A stretch of DNA of 64,000 nt from Gammaproteobacteria bacterium (GTDB lineage Bacteria; Pseudomonadota; Gammaproteobacteria; UBA4575). The notes beneath the pieces are model-generated. The model searched no databases. It saw nothing but the letters and a program-made list of their open reading frames with translations, and was not told the origin of the DNA. Below, in pieces: positions 50,581 through 60,610 of the stretch (position 1 is the first letter of the stretch; the number at the start of each line of letters is the position of its first letter). The stretch is taken from assembly GCA_965222615.1 (NCBI GenBank), contig CBDCUI010000009.1, positions 128,001-192,000 of the forward strand, read 5' to 3'. The position numbers and the translations under genes are program-made.

Positions 50581-50961
50581 TTACCTGAATTTTTCTCTAA
50601 TCACGTCCTTATACTCCTTATCAGAAAATTTAAAGAGGAGAACGAAATAGCCGATGATGACAAGAGCGGTTAAAATCAAACTAACCGGATTGACAGTGTA
50701 ATCAAACTTGTTATTAATGATCTCAGCTGCCTCTTCCACTTCCACGCCAAGCGTTTCCCACTGCGCTTGCATCGTTTCATTTTGTCCAAGTGATTCCCAG
50801 GTAGGTACAACACTTTCAGCCGTTACTTCCTCATCACTATTCTCGCTACCGAAATCAACGAAGAGAGGAATAAGGAGTGAGACGTAGACCAGAACAAGCA
50901 GGAATATACTGTCGATAAACTGCCCGAACTTGCCTTGTTTTGGTGGTTGATAATATGTCAT
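50581..50961 (-). CDS. Small two-TM membrane protein
   Basis: AGGAG RBS; TWESLGQN..QW..LG motif. Confidence 0.78.
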   Translation of the reverse strand: MTYYQPPKQGKFGQFIDSIFLLVLVYVSLLIPLFVDFGSENSDEEVTAESVVPTWESLGQNETMQAQWETLGVEVEEAAEIINNKFDYTVNPVSLILTALVIIGYFVLLFKFSDKEYKDVIREKFR

Positions 50962-50973
50962 TGTTTCTCCTTA

Positions 50974-51279
50974 TTATCTGTTTGTAGTGCTGCTTTTCGC
51001 GGCACGCATTTCATCCAGATGCTGAATATCAATGCCATATATGGCGTGCTTGTCTTCCTTATAGTGGCGGACCATCGCGAAGATGGAGGCGGTGTTGTAT
51101 ATCACGACCAATGCTCCACCGATAATCAGTGCAACTCGAATGGAGCCATTCGAGTTATGATTATTGATAGCAAAGAATACGTACGCGTAGGTCAGCCATA
51201 AGACGATTACAAAACCCCAGGCCCACACACTGTCACCCACAAGCATTGAGTTAATTCGTCTCTCAAGACCCTCACTCAT
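50974..51279 (-). CDS. Small two-TM membrane protein, first gene of the permease operon
   Basis: GGAGGAG RBS; NTASIFAMVRHY..DK..IYG.DI. Confidence 0.78.
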   Translation of the reverse strand: MSEGLERRINSMLVGDSVWAWGFVIVLWLTYAYVFFAINNHNSNGSIRVALIIGGALVVIYNTASIFAMVRHYKEDKHAIYGIDIQHLDEMRAAKSSTTNR

Positions 51280-51366
51280 AACTCCTCCCTAGACAATTAA
51301 TTGTTTTTTTGAAGATTTTTATTATTATCAGAATGTACAAATTTAAAATTCCACCAGTGGTGGGTG

Positions 51367-51488
51367 GTAGTCTTATTGGATGGTGAGTAGTAGTCCTATT
51401 GGCTATAGTTTTATTAGCGAATGGACATATATCCTCGATTACTTAATAGATTTCTAACCAATAGGATAAGGTAATTTAGCCCAATGGA
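51367..51488. promoter_or_regulatory. Repeated TC(C/T)TATTGG boxes upstream of the permease operon
   Basis: GTAGTCTTATTGG (51367) and GTAGTCCTATTGG (51390); inverted CCAATAGGA (51458) and CCAATGGA (51481); both pairs 23 bp apart. Confidence 0.55.
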
Positions 51489-51820
51489 ATTAGGCAATTT
51501 TTTAATGGGAATTTCGTAACAGGGTCCAATTTCGATTAGGTGGAAAATAGCGGCCCTGAGGCAAAGTTTATTGGGATACTAAGCGAGCGATTTAGTTGTG
51601 CTTAAGTAAAGAGTCATTCCAACCTTTTTCTTTTTCAAGGAGATCACTAAAAAATACTAATGCAAATGCTCGGATTTTCTGAGTTTTCAGCACATCTTTT
51701 TGCTTACGTTGAATTTCTTACCATTGTTGGAGATGACACATTCTGTGTAAAAGGAAGTAAGCGATAATATGTAGATCTGGTAAAAATTTGGGCTAGAGGT
51801 TCCTATGAGACTTGCTGTAC

Positions 51821-52525
51821 TCATTGTGGGATTTCATCTGATCTGTTCCAACCAAGATCCATGGCAATCCTGGCTGCTTCAGTCCTGTTTGAAGCGTTAA
51901 GTTTTTTTAAAATCACCCTTATGTGTGCCTTCACTGTACTTTCCAGAATACTGAGGTCACGCGCGATTTCCTTATTCGATTTACCTAATATCACCAGGTC
52001 AAGCGTAGCTCTCTGGCGCGGCGTCAGCTGTTGCAAAAGGTTTTCTGGGATTCCACTCTTACCACATTTTTTGGCAACGGATTTGCTCGTGAGGCTGACT
52101 GCCAGGAGTACATCCGGTGGGACATAAACCTCGCCTGATGTCACCAATGCTAGTGCGTGTTTGAGGACGTCTCGGTTCGATGACTTGACGATATATCCGC
52201 ATGCACCCATCTCAATTGTGCGAGCGATAAATTCTGGGTTGGTATAGGCAGACACGATCACAAGCGGTGTTTCCGGCACTTGCTCCACGACGCGCTGAAT
52301 TCCTGCAAAGCGTTTATACTTAATGCCGTCACCTACACTTTGATCCATGCCTGGCATTTGCAGATCCATCAAAATAAGATCTGGTTTCGTGCTATTCTCA
52401 ATTTGCTTCAACGTGGCCTCGACACTACTCGCTTCCAGAATTTCCACGTTTTCGAACATACTGCTCAACACAAGCCGTAGCCCTTCACGGAAAAGTCCAT
52501 GGTCATCTGCAATTAGGATTTGCAT
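51821..52525 (-). CDS. NarL/FixJ-family response regulator
   Basis: ILIADDH, LMDLQMPG, GYIVK, LTPRQ..GKSNKEIA..TVKAH. Confidence 0.92.
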   Translation of the reverse strand: MQILIADDHGLFREGLRLVLSSMFENVEILEASSVEATLKQIENSTKPDLILMDLQMPGMDQSVGDGIKYKRFAGIQRVVEQVPETPLVIVSAYTNPEFIARTIEMGACGYIVKSSNRDVLKHALALVTSGEVYVPPDVLLAVSLTSKSVAKKCGKSGIPENLLQQLTPRQRATLDLVILGKSNKEIARDLSILESTVKAHIRVILKKLNASNRTEAARIAMDLGWNRSDEIPQ

Positions 52526-53357
52526 AAAAGATTATTGTGCACTTTGTATAGTATTGCATTCTATAACTAGTTGAACACACCGGGTGCATCTAAAACGTAG
52601 GCAAGGGCAAGGCGTTTTCGGCAAAATCGCGATCTTCGATGTCTTTAAACGTAATAGCTATGTTTGCGTCGAACTTGACCTGTTTGTAGAAGACCCATGC
52701 TTCTAACGATTATCCGCGGTCGTGTCTTACTCAAAAGCATACGCTCTATTTACAGTAAAGAATAATGTGAATTTCGGTTTAATTGCCGACAGAAAGATCT
52801 CTATTATCTCTCCTCACTAAATAGTGGCAAAACAGTTAGCCTAAACTCGTATTGAGTCTTTGTATATTTCCAGCTTTATTATACATCCCTATATTGATAA
52901 ACGGACACACCGTCAATAGGCGTAGTTATCATCCTTTTGAAGGATAGAGCAACATGGTCAATTTGTTACAACGCGACAGTTGGACTTAGGAAAGATTTGT
53001 TCAAGATAAAAGTGACAATTACGTGCTTGCGAATCATCTTTGTAAATTATCGCAGGATGATGAACGCTTTATCTTAATAGAGAAGGCTGCAATATTACTT
53101 CAATTACTTTACCCAAATTTAGGTACAAATTTCTACCACTATGGCCTAACACCGGCTAAGTATTTTTCCACTTTATGCGGAGGAGTAAAGTTTTCTGTAA
53201 TGAGTTGTCAAGTGAAAAGGAGTGTCTACAAATGAAATGCAGCTCGAAAACGTTGAACTACTTAATAAATATTCAGGGCGAAACATTCATAAAAAATAAA
53301 AAATGTGTGAAAAATTATTATTATCTTGTGGTTGTTTAATCTTGTCACAATAAATTG

Positions 53358-53377
53358 TACTCAGTATTTCCTGAGTA
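53358..53377. promoter_or_regulatory. Inverted repeat upstream of the ABC operon
   Basis: TACTCAG-N6-CTGAGTA. Confidence 0.45.
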
Positions 53378-53548
53378 ATTAATTAGTCTTATAGGAACTT
53401 TTTTGTAAATTAAGTAGTGCTAGTTAGCGATTTGGCTATAAAGATTATGCGGTTTAACAAAAGTAATTTATTAATATAAAAAACTTAGTTAAAAACAAGG
53501 CATGAAAAAGTAAAAGTATAAAATTAACTGAAGTAAGGTGGAGTTAAC

Positions 53549-54826
53549 ATGATGAGTAAAATCAAAATCAGACAATTAATAACAGTAATAGTGTTCGCAG
53601 TTATCGTTTCTATGGGAAAGGTTTGTGCTGAAACTGAAACAATAAATGTAGGTTTTCTTGGGGCTTTATCTGGTCCGGATGCAGGATGGGGTTTACCAGG
53701 ACTCACAGGGAACCAAATGTTTATTGACGAAGTGAATGCGGAAGGTGGATTGGATGTTTGTGGTACGCGCTACAAATTAAATATGGTCACCTTTGATGAT
53801 GAGGCAACTGGTTCAAAAGCTCTTCAGGGCGCTAAACAGTTGGTGTTAGAACATGATGTGAAATTTATTAGTGCAATCGGCGGTAATCCTGCCGATGCAA
53901 CTCACCCTTTCTTAACTCAGAAAAAGGTGATTTATGCCAGTTTGATTTCAACCGATATTAAGCCGGATCGTTCTTATCTCATTGCGGGTGGAGATGTGAC
54001 TCCACGCATCGATATGATGAGACCAAGTTACCATAAAAAGCGAAATCCAAAACTCAAACGCTGGGCAGTACTTTCTCAGGATGATTCTATTGGGATTTCT
54101 TCCCAGGCTTGGGAAGTAGGGTCTGCTTTAGTCGATGGTTGGGATGTCGTTTATGACGAACATTATTCTCTTGATACTGTTGATTTTGCGCCAATTGTAA
54201 CAGCAGTGCTTGCAACCAAACCGGATGTTGTTAGTTTAAATTTATCTTACCCAGATTTTGTAGTAAGCATTATTGAACAGCTTTATGTTCAGGGATATAA
54301 AGGAGAAATCTCGGCTAATTATCTCGATAGCGAATCTATTTTAACTAAAGTGCCAGCTTCATATTTGGAAGGTGCAGTAGATAGTTTCCCATTATTTGAT
54401 GATCCTTGGTGGGGTGACGGTTCAGTCCAGCATAAATTCTACGAGGACTGGATAAAGCGTTATGGGCCTGGGGGTCCTGAAGATGTTCATCGTGGCATTA
54501 CAGGTATCGATTGGGACCACGTAATTATGTTGAGGGTTTGGGCTGACGGTGTGAAGAGAGCATGTTCTTTTGATGCGGATAAAGTCATTGAAGCATTAAG
54601 GTCTGCTGATTCAATCGATACTCTTTTAGGCGAAGGAAAATTCACAGGCGGCGAAGAAATGTGGGGAATCAATAATATGATTTCTACACCTGTGCCGGTT
54701 AATGAGCATCGAGATGGTGTTAAACGTGTTCAAGCCGTATTAGATTTTCTTGAATGGTTTGAGCCACGTAAAGAAAAGATCATCGAGCATGTTCGTTCTA
54801 AAGGATTAATGTATGATCAAAACTAA
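53549..54826 (+). CDS. Liv-family ABC transporter substrate-binding protein
   Basis: Signal peptide; VGFLGALSGP.AGWG, VNAEGGL, DFAPIVT. Confidence 0.88.
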   Translation: MMSKIKIRQLITVIVFAVIVSMGKVCAETETINVGFLGALSGPDAGWGLPGLTGNQMFIDEVNAEGGLDVCGTRYKLNMVTFDDEATGSKALQGAKQLVLEHDVKFISAIGGNPADATHPFLTQKKVIYASLISTDIKPDRSYLIAGGDVTPRIDMMRPSYHKKRNPKLKRWAVLSQDDSIGISSQAWEVGSALVDGWDVVYDEHYSLDTVDFAPIVTAVLATKPDVVSLNLSYPDFVVSIIEQLYVQGYKGEISANYLDSESILTKVPASYLEGAVDSFPLFDDPWWGDGSVQHKFYEDWIKRYGPGGPEDVHRGITGIDWDHVIMLRVWADGVKRACSFDADKVIEALRSADSIDTLLGEGKFTGGEEMWGINNMISTPVPVNEHRDGVKRVQAVLDFLEWFEPRKEKIIEHVRSKGLMYDQN

Positions 54827-54962
54827 ATAAATAAAAATCTATTATATTAAATGATGGGTACTGAGGTTGTGCTTCTGCAATACCCCTTTGTGTTTGAAAT
54901 TGTTTTAAGTGAATAGCTAATAGATTATTAGTACTATAAAACAGGGAGGGTAGATTGAGGTT

Positions 54963-55832
54963 ATGGGATTAGATGTTCTAGTACAAACATTTGCGAATGC
55001 AATTGTTTTAGGCTCTATCTATGCCATGGTAGCTGTTGGTTTAGCGCTGGCATTTGGAGTAATGCAAATGGCAAACTTTTCCCATGGCGAGTTTTTTATG
55101 GCGGGAGCCTATGTAGTATATGTTTTGTATTCTTTGGTTGGCTTACCATTTTTTATTGCTGTTATTGCATCTTTTCCAATTGTTGCGTTGATTGGAGTAC
55201 TATTTGAGCGTTTATTATTTAGGCCGACACGAGGGAATGTTTTAGCTGGCTTTATGGCAACAGCAGGTGCAGGGTTTGTTATGCAAGTATTGGTGGGTCA
55301 ACAATGGGGGGTTGGCTTAATGCGTTCAGTAGTTGTGCCATATAAAGGGAGTATAGAAATTTTAGGCGCAGCAATAAGCTGGCAGCGCTTAGTGATTATT
55401 CCAACAACATTTATTTTGGTCGCAGGCCTGTGGTTTTTCCTAACTAGAGTAAAAGCTGGGAAAGCACTAAGAGCATGTGCTCAGGACCCTGAAGCAGCCG
55501 TCCTACAAGGAATCAGTATTAATAAAATGGCTGCACTTGCCATGTTTTTATCTGGTGGTTTTGCGGGTGTAGCCGGTGCGATGATGGCACCGATTATTCC
55601 GGTAACACCGTATATGGGACACGTTTATGCTGTGACTGCTTTTATTGTTGTGATTGTAGGAGGTATGGCGAGTATTGAAGGTGCTGTACTTACTGCATTT
55701 ATACTTGGCTTTATTCATACCGTGGTTTCGACTATGTATGATTCTGTAACAGCTACTATGGTTGGTGTCTTGTTCATGGCAATTGTATTAATTGTTAAAC
55801 CAACGGGATTATTGGGTAATGTTAAAGTCTAG
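54963..55832 (+). CDS. livH: Liv-family ABC permease
   Basis: GSIYAMVAVGLAL.FGVM..NFSHGE, GKALRA, PTGLLG. Confidence 0.88.
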   Translation: MGLDVLVQTFANAIVLGSIYAMVAVGLALAFGVMQMANFSHGEFFMAGAYVVYVLYSLVGLPFFIAVIASFPIVALIGVLFERLLFRPTRGNVLAGFMATAGAGFVMQVLVGQQWGVGLMRSVVVPYKGSIEILGAAISWQRLVIIPTTFILVAGLWFFLTRVKAGKALRACAQDPEAAVLQGISINKMAALAMFLSGGFAGVAGAMMAPIIPVTPYMGHVYAVTAFIVVIVGGMASIEGAVLTAFILGFIHTVVSTMYDSVTATMVGVLFMAIVLIVKPTGLLGNVKV

Positions 55833-56808
55833 TTCACCAATCGTCGTTTGGTTACCTGCTGTTATAGTCGTTGCATTGTTTTACTTTGCGCCGCAAATAA
55901 TTTCTGCTTATAGGCTTGAGCTGCTTACTATTTTTCTGATCAATGTAATCTTAGCGCAAAGCTATCGTTTAATGACAACTACTGGAGATTGGACGCTATG
56001 TCATTACATATTGATGGGAGTGGGTGCTTATGCAACCGGAATTCTGGCAAAAAATTATGATGTGCCATTTTATTTTGCAATGCCGATTGCAGCTTTAATT
56101 ACAGTAGCAATCAGTTTTATATTTGCAGTGCCACTTTCTAGAACAATTGGGTTTGCGTTTTTTATTGCATCTTTTGCACTGGGCGAATTTGTACGACATG
56201 TTTGGCTTAAATTTCACAGTCCTTTTGGAGGGGCGCGTGGCGTGAACGGTATTCCAAAATTAGAGCTAGGGCAGCCGGGAGACTGGTATTTTGTAGATTT
56301 TTGGGACTCTACAAATTTTTATTTCTTCACACTTATTTTTACAGTTTTAGCACTTGTGATCCTTTATCGTATTGATCGTTCGCGTATTGGTAACGCATGG
56401 AGGTCTATCTATGCGGATAGTGAACTTTGTGAAAGCATAGGTATTAATGTTACGAGGTATCGAATTTTAATTTTTTGTGTTGCCGGTTTTTTTGCTGGAA
56501 TAGCGGGTTCTTTGCTTGCATATCAAATTGGTTCTATTGATCCACACAATTTCGAAATGGTAGAGATGGTATATCTGATTATTTGGGTAGTTGTTGGTGG
56601 TGTAAAAACATTTTGGGGTCCACTCATTGGAGTTTTATCGATGTCGTTGGTATTTGAGTTAACGCGTCCACTAGAAGAATGGCGACCACTATTATTTGGG
56701 CTCATTCTAATTTTGTTTTTAGTTTTTATGCCAGGCGGTCTTGAAACACTGCTACCACGAATTAAGGGTTTTTTTGCAGATTTGTTTGCTAAGAAAGAGG
56801 TAAGTTAA
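55819..56808 (+). CDS. livM: Liv-family ABC permease
   Basis: SRIGNAWRSI, VVVGG..TFWGP, MPGGL; ATG 55819 (ORF track 55792). Confidence 0.85.
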   Translation: MLKSSSPIVVWLPAVIVVALFYFAPQIISAYRLELLTIFLINVILAQSYRLMTTTGDWTLCHYILMGVGAYATGILAKNYDVPFYFAMPIAALITVAISFIFAVPLSRTIGFAFFIASFALGEFVRHVWLKFHSPFGGARGVNGIPKLELGQPGDWYFVDFWDSTNFYFFTLIFTVLALVILYRIDRSRIGNAWRSIYADSELCESIGINVTRYRILIFCVAGFFAGIAGSLLAYQIGSIDPHNFEMVEMVYLIIWVVVGGVKTFWGPLIGVLSMSLVFELTRPLEEWRPLLFGLILILFLVFMPGGLETLLPRIKGFFADLFAKKEVS

Positions 56809-56809
56809 G

Positions 56810-57577
56810 TTGTCATATTTTTCTGTAAAAAATTTATCTAAACATTTTGGAGGGTTAATTGCTAATGATTCAATTAATATGGAAGTCAAAAAAGGTGAGA
56901 TCCGAGGTGTTATCGGCCCGAATGGCGCAGGTAAAACAACTTTTTTTAATGTCGTTAGTGGTTTTTATAAACCAACAGCCGGTACGGTTGAATTTAAAGG
57001 ACAAATAATTTCCGGACTGCATTCCAGCAAGATTGCAAAACTGGGTGTAGTACGTACCTTTCAACGACCTGCATTGTTTCCAGATTTCACCGTTTTTGAA
57101 AACGTAATGGTTGCACGCCACCTCAATGCCAATTCTTCGTTATTAAATGCAATATTTAGGCATAAAAATAGTGCGGAGATTGGTAACATTGCACGCACAA
57201 AGGAGATCATTGAATTTCTGGGCTTGAAAAGTGAGCAAGATAACTTAGCGTTAAATTTATCGCATGGGCATCAACGTGTTTTAGGTGTTGCCATGGCATT
57301 GGCTACAGAGCCAGAACTTTTAATGCTAGATGAACCTGTTGCAGGGATGAACTCGGGTGAAAAACGAGTCATGGTTGAGTTGATTAAAAAGATTCGAGAT
57401 GACTGGGGGGTTACCGTATTGCTCGTGGAGCATGATATGAGAACAGTGATGAATTTGTGTGACTATATTACTGTGCTTGATTTTGGACAGTTGCTGACTG
57501 AAGGCCTGCCTGAAGAAGTTATCAATAATGAAAAAGTGATTGAAGCCTATTTAGGAGCAGATGATATTGCTGCTTGA
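56810..57577 (+). CDS. livG: Liv-family ABC ATPase
   Basis: GPNGAGKT, VRTFQ, LSHG, LDEP, VEHDM. Confidence 0.9.
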   Translation: MSYFSVKNLSKHFGGLIANDSINMEVKKGEIRGVIGPNGAGKTTFFNVVSGFYKPTAGTVEFKGQIISGLHSSKIAKLGVVRTFQRPALFPDFTVFENVMVARHLNANSSLLNAIFRHKNSAEIGNIARTKEIIEFLGLKSEQDNLALNLSHGHQRVLGVAMALATEPELLMLDEPVAGMNSGEKRVMVELIKKIRDDWGVTVLLVEHDMRTVMNLCDYITVLDFGQLLTEGLPEEVINNEKVIEAYLGADDIAA

Positions 57578-58277
57578 ACTCAAAAATACAGCTGTTCATT
57601 ATGGAAAAGTGGTGGCAACTCAAAACATTTCTATTCAAGTCCCTGAAGGGGAAGTGGTAACTTTAATTGGTTCTAATGGCGCAGGGAAAAGCACTACCTT
57701 ACGTATGATTTCAGGTTTAGTTCGGCCATCATTGGGTGAAGTGCTATATCAAGGGAACTCTATTGCAAAACTTCCCCCCGAAGAGATTACACGAATTGGT
57801 ATTGCGCATATTCCTGAAGGTCGACATGTATTTCCTCAAATGACTGTAAAAGAAAATCTTGAGATGGGTGCGTATTTAAGAACAGATTCTAAAGAAGTAG
57901 AGGAAAGTATGGAGCTTACTTTTTCACATTTTCCTCGTCTTAAAGAAAGAGTAAATCAAGATGCAGGAACCATGAGTGGTGGCGAACAACAAATGCTAGC
58001 GATGGGACGAGGCCTAATGTCGAATCCAAAACTCATTTTGATGGATGAACCGTCTCTAGGACTATCTCCAATTATGTGTCAGGAAATTGCTGGAATTATT
58101 AAAAAAATTCACGCACAAGGTCGTACGATTATTTTAGTGGAGCAAAATGCTCGTTTGGCATTAGCACTGGCAAATTATGGCTACGTTTTGGAGACTGGAA
58201 ATATTGTTCTTGAGGGAAAAGCAATAGATTTGCGTGATGATGATGTGGTTCGCCAAACCTATCTGGGTATTACATAA
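57561..58277 (+). CDS. livF: Liv-family ABC ATPase
   Basis: GSNGAGKS, PEGR, MSGGEQQMLA, MDEPSLGL, VEQN. Confidence 0.9.
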   Translation: MILLLELKNTAVHYGKVVATQNISIQVPEGEVVTLIGSNGAGKSTTLRMISGLVRPSLGEVLYQGNSIAKLPPEEITRIGIAHIPEGRHVFPQMTVKENLEMGAYLRTDSKEVEESMELTFSHFPRLKERVNQDAGTMSGGEQQMLAMGRGLMSNPKLILMDEPSLGLSPIMCQEIAGIIKKIHAQGRTIILVEQNARLALALANYGYVLETGNIVLEGKAIDLRDDDVVRQTYLGIT

Positions 58278-58546
58278 ATACTGGTTCCTGCTAGGTCGCG
58301 TAGGACTTGTTCTAAGTGTCTGAATGAAGTAAGACGCTAATTGCTAGGAGTTCTCTGTTCTTGATCATAATTTAAGCTGCTGTTGAATAATTTGTTAAAG
58401 CTAAAGGTGATTATTTCGCACTTAAGTAAGGTCTTTTTTATTTAAAGTTGACTTAGAAATATTTTACAATTCATTAAGATATGGAATGTTTGAGGAAAAT
58501 ACATTAACTTATAAAATATTTCATAAATAACAACAATCAATAGTAT

Positions 58547-58562
58547 TACCTATATATAGGTA
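58547..58562. promoter_or_regulatory. Perfect 7-2-7 palindrome upstream of amt (NarL/NarP-like site)
   Basis: TACCTAT-AT-ATAGGTA fits TACYNMT-N2-AKNRGTA. Confidence 0.5.
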
Positions 58563-58771
58563 TAAAATTTTACTCCTTTGTGCTAATCCTCCACTTTTGT
58601 ACTAATACCCTCTATGTATTTTTTCAACATAAGTAGAAGGGTAAGGTTCTTAGCGTACTAGAAAATAACTTGATTAGCGTTGCCACAGCAGGAAGCTATA
58701 CACAGGGATGTTTTGGGGAAATAGCAAGCGTGGTCTCAGCTATACAAAATAAATAAGAAGAGGGGAAGATA

Positions 58772-60193
58772 ATGACTGACGCATTAGGCTCACTAACGGT
58801 CATCTTTACCGAATTTTACTATTGGGTAACAGTAGTGATCATGTTTCTAATTCATGCCGGATTCATAATGTATGAAGTGGGAGCTTCACGGCATAAGAAT
58901 CATCTGCACACCTTAATGAAGAATGTAATGATCATACCTTTGGTAACCATTACGTTTTTCTTTTTTGGCTGGTGGATTTATTTCGCATTTCCATATGGCC
59001 CAGGGATTATGGGTGGCATCCAAAGTGCTCCGCATGCCACACCCTGGAGCGAATTGATGGGCACCCATATGGGTGGAGCGCCTTTACAAGAAAGCCTAAG
59101 CGCTGATGATACAGCCTTTTGGGCGCGTATAAACGGTGTCTTTTGGGCGGCATTTTTACTTTTTTCTTGGACTGCAGCCTCGATTGTTTCCGGCTCGGTC
59201 ATTGAGCGCATCCAATCAGGTGCCTTCTGGATCTTGGCCGTGCTAATTGGTTCTTTCACATGGATTATTGATGCGGCTTGGGGCTGGCACTGGGATGGCT
59301 GGATGGTGCATAAGCTGGGTTATCACGATGCCTATGCTTCCGGAGTCATTCATGCCATTGCAGGTGGCTTTGCCTTAGGCGTGCTATGTATCTTAGGGCC
59401 GCGCATTGGTAAATTCCGAAAAGATGGTACGCCACGGAATATCAACCCACATAATCCGTGGTTAGTCTGTGTTGGACTATTCCTTATCTATACAGGATTC
59501 TGGGGTTTTTACGCGGCTTGTAATGTACCGATCATAGATTTCTTTGGTGGAGACATGCTGGATGTAGAAGGCAAGACCATGTTTACCGCCACGAATATCT
59601 ATCTTGGTCCCACTACACTGTCGGCTATCACTTTTAATTTCTTGATTTCATTGTCAGGTGGTCTCATGGCGGGCTATATCGTTTCAAGAGGCGATCCTTT
59701 CTGGACGTTTTCTGGCGGTCTTGCAGGAATAATTGCTGCATCTGCGGGAAATGATTTATATCACCCCATGCAAGCATTTATTATTTCAATTGCTGGCGTA
59801 GTAATTATGTATAAAATGCATTACTGGGTTGAGCGTAGATTCAAGATTGATGATGCCGTCGGTGCTGTCGCCGTACACGGTTATGCTGGATTCTTTGGAG
59901 TATTTATTGCCGGCTTCGTGTTATGGGGTTATCCGTCATCACCTTTTGGTGAAGGTTATGCTGTAGTAACTCCATGGGGGCAATTCCTAGGCGCTTGTAT
60001 CATGTTCTTTGTACTAGGATTCTTTCCTGCATTAATTGCTTCTAAGATCCTAGACATGATGGGTTTGCTACGTATACCTAGAGAAATTGAGCTAGCCGGT
60101 CTGGATATTTCTACAGAAATGCTTGCGGATGAAGAGTCTTCAGAACTAGATCGTGGGCTTTTAGAACAAGCTACAAAAGATGGGCTTGTTTAG
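58772..60193 (+). CDS. amt: Divergent Amt-family ammonium/methylammonium transporter
   Basis: SGSVIER, HDAYASGVIH, LGPR.G, IDDAVGAVAVHG (twin His), E..GLD. Confidence 0.88.
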   Translation: MTDALGSLTVIFTEFYYWVTVVIMFLIHAGFIMYEVGASRHKNHLHTLMKNVMIIPLVTITFFFFGWWIYFAFPYGPGIMGGIQSAPHATPWSELMGTHMGGAPLQESLSADDTAFWARINGVFWAAFLLFSWTAASIVSGSVIERIQSGAFWILAVLIGSFTWIIDAAWGWHWDGWMVHKLGYHDAYASGVIHAIAGGFALGVLCILGPRIGKFRKDGTPRNINPHNPWLVCVGLFLIYTGFWGFYAACNVPIIDFFGGDMLDVEGKTMFTATNIYLGPTTLSAITFNFLISLSGGLMAGYIVSRGDPFWTFSGGLAGIIAASAGNDLYHPMQAFIISIAGVVIMYKMHYWVERRFKIDDAVGAVAVHGYAGFFGVFIAGFVLWGYPSSPFGEGYAVVTPWGQFLGACIMFFVLGFFPALIASKILDMMGLLRIPREIELAGLDISTEMLADEESSELDRGLLEQATKDGLV

Positions 60194-60233
60194 ATTGACT
60201 TTGATAAAAAATAAATAACAAGAGGAGACAATT

Positions 60234-60476
60234 ATGTCTACTAATGTCGAAACTTGGGCAAACCTAGATCAGCTTGGTCCAGTTTATCCCATGCCTGGTA
60301 CTGAGGTACTACTTGCTTTGATTGGCATTGCTATTTGGATTATTTGGCATTTATGGCAAATTGCACAAGAAAAGCGTGAGCATAGAGAAGAGATGGCAAA
60401 ATGGGGCAATAAGCAAGGGCTACGGAAAGTCCTTGAATTAGAAGAAGATCCTTCTTCGCGTCACTTTAAGCAATAA
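60234..60476 (+). CDS. Small single-TM protein co-transcribed with amt
   Basis: GAGGAG RBS; LGPVYP.PGTE..WIIWHLWQ. Confidence 0.75.
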   Translation: MSTNVETWANLDQLGPVYPMPGTEVLLALIGIAIWIIWHLWQIAQEKREHREEMAKWGNKQGLRKVLELEEDPSSRHFKQ

Positions 60477-60535
60477 AATTATATTAATAAGTAATCATAT
60501 TGCTACTTAGAGTAATTAATTCCTCCTGAATTAAT

Positions 60536-60561
60536 CCCCGGCTTTATGCCGGGGTTTTTTT
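60536..60561 (+). terminator. Intrinsic terminator
   Basis: CCCCGGC-TTTAT-GCCGGGG followed by T7. Confidence 0.9.
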
Positions 60562-60610
60562 GGGTGCTAATAATAAATAAATCGAGCAGTTTGTTGGACG
60601 ACTTAAATTC

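Noticed and set aside
52590-53235. Gene remnants or the 70-aa ORF between the regulator and the ABC operon
   Set aside because: No recognisable family, no clear RBS, fragmented frames.
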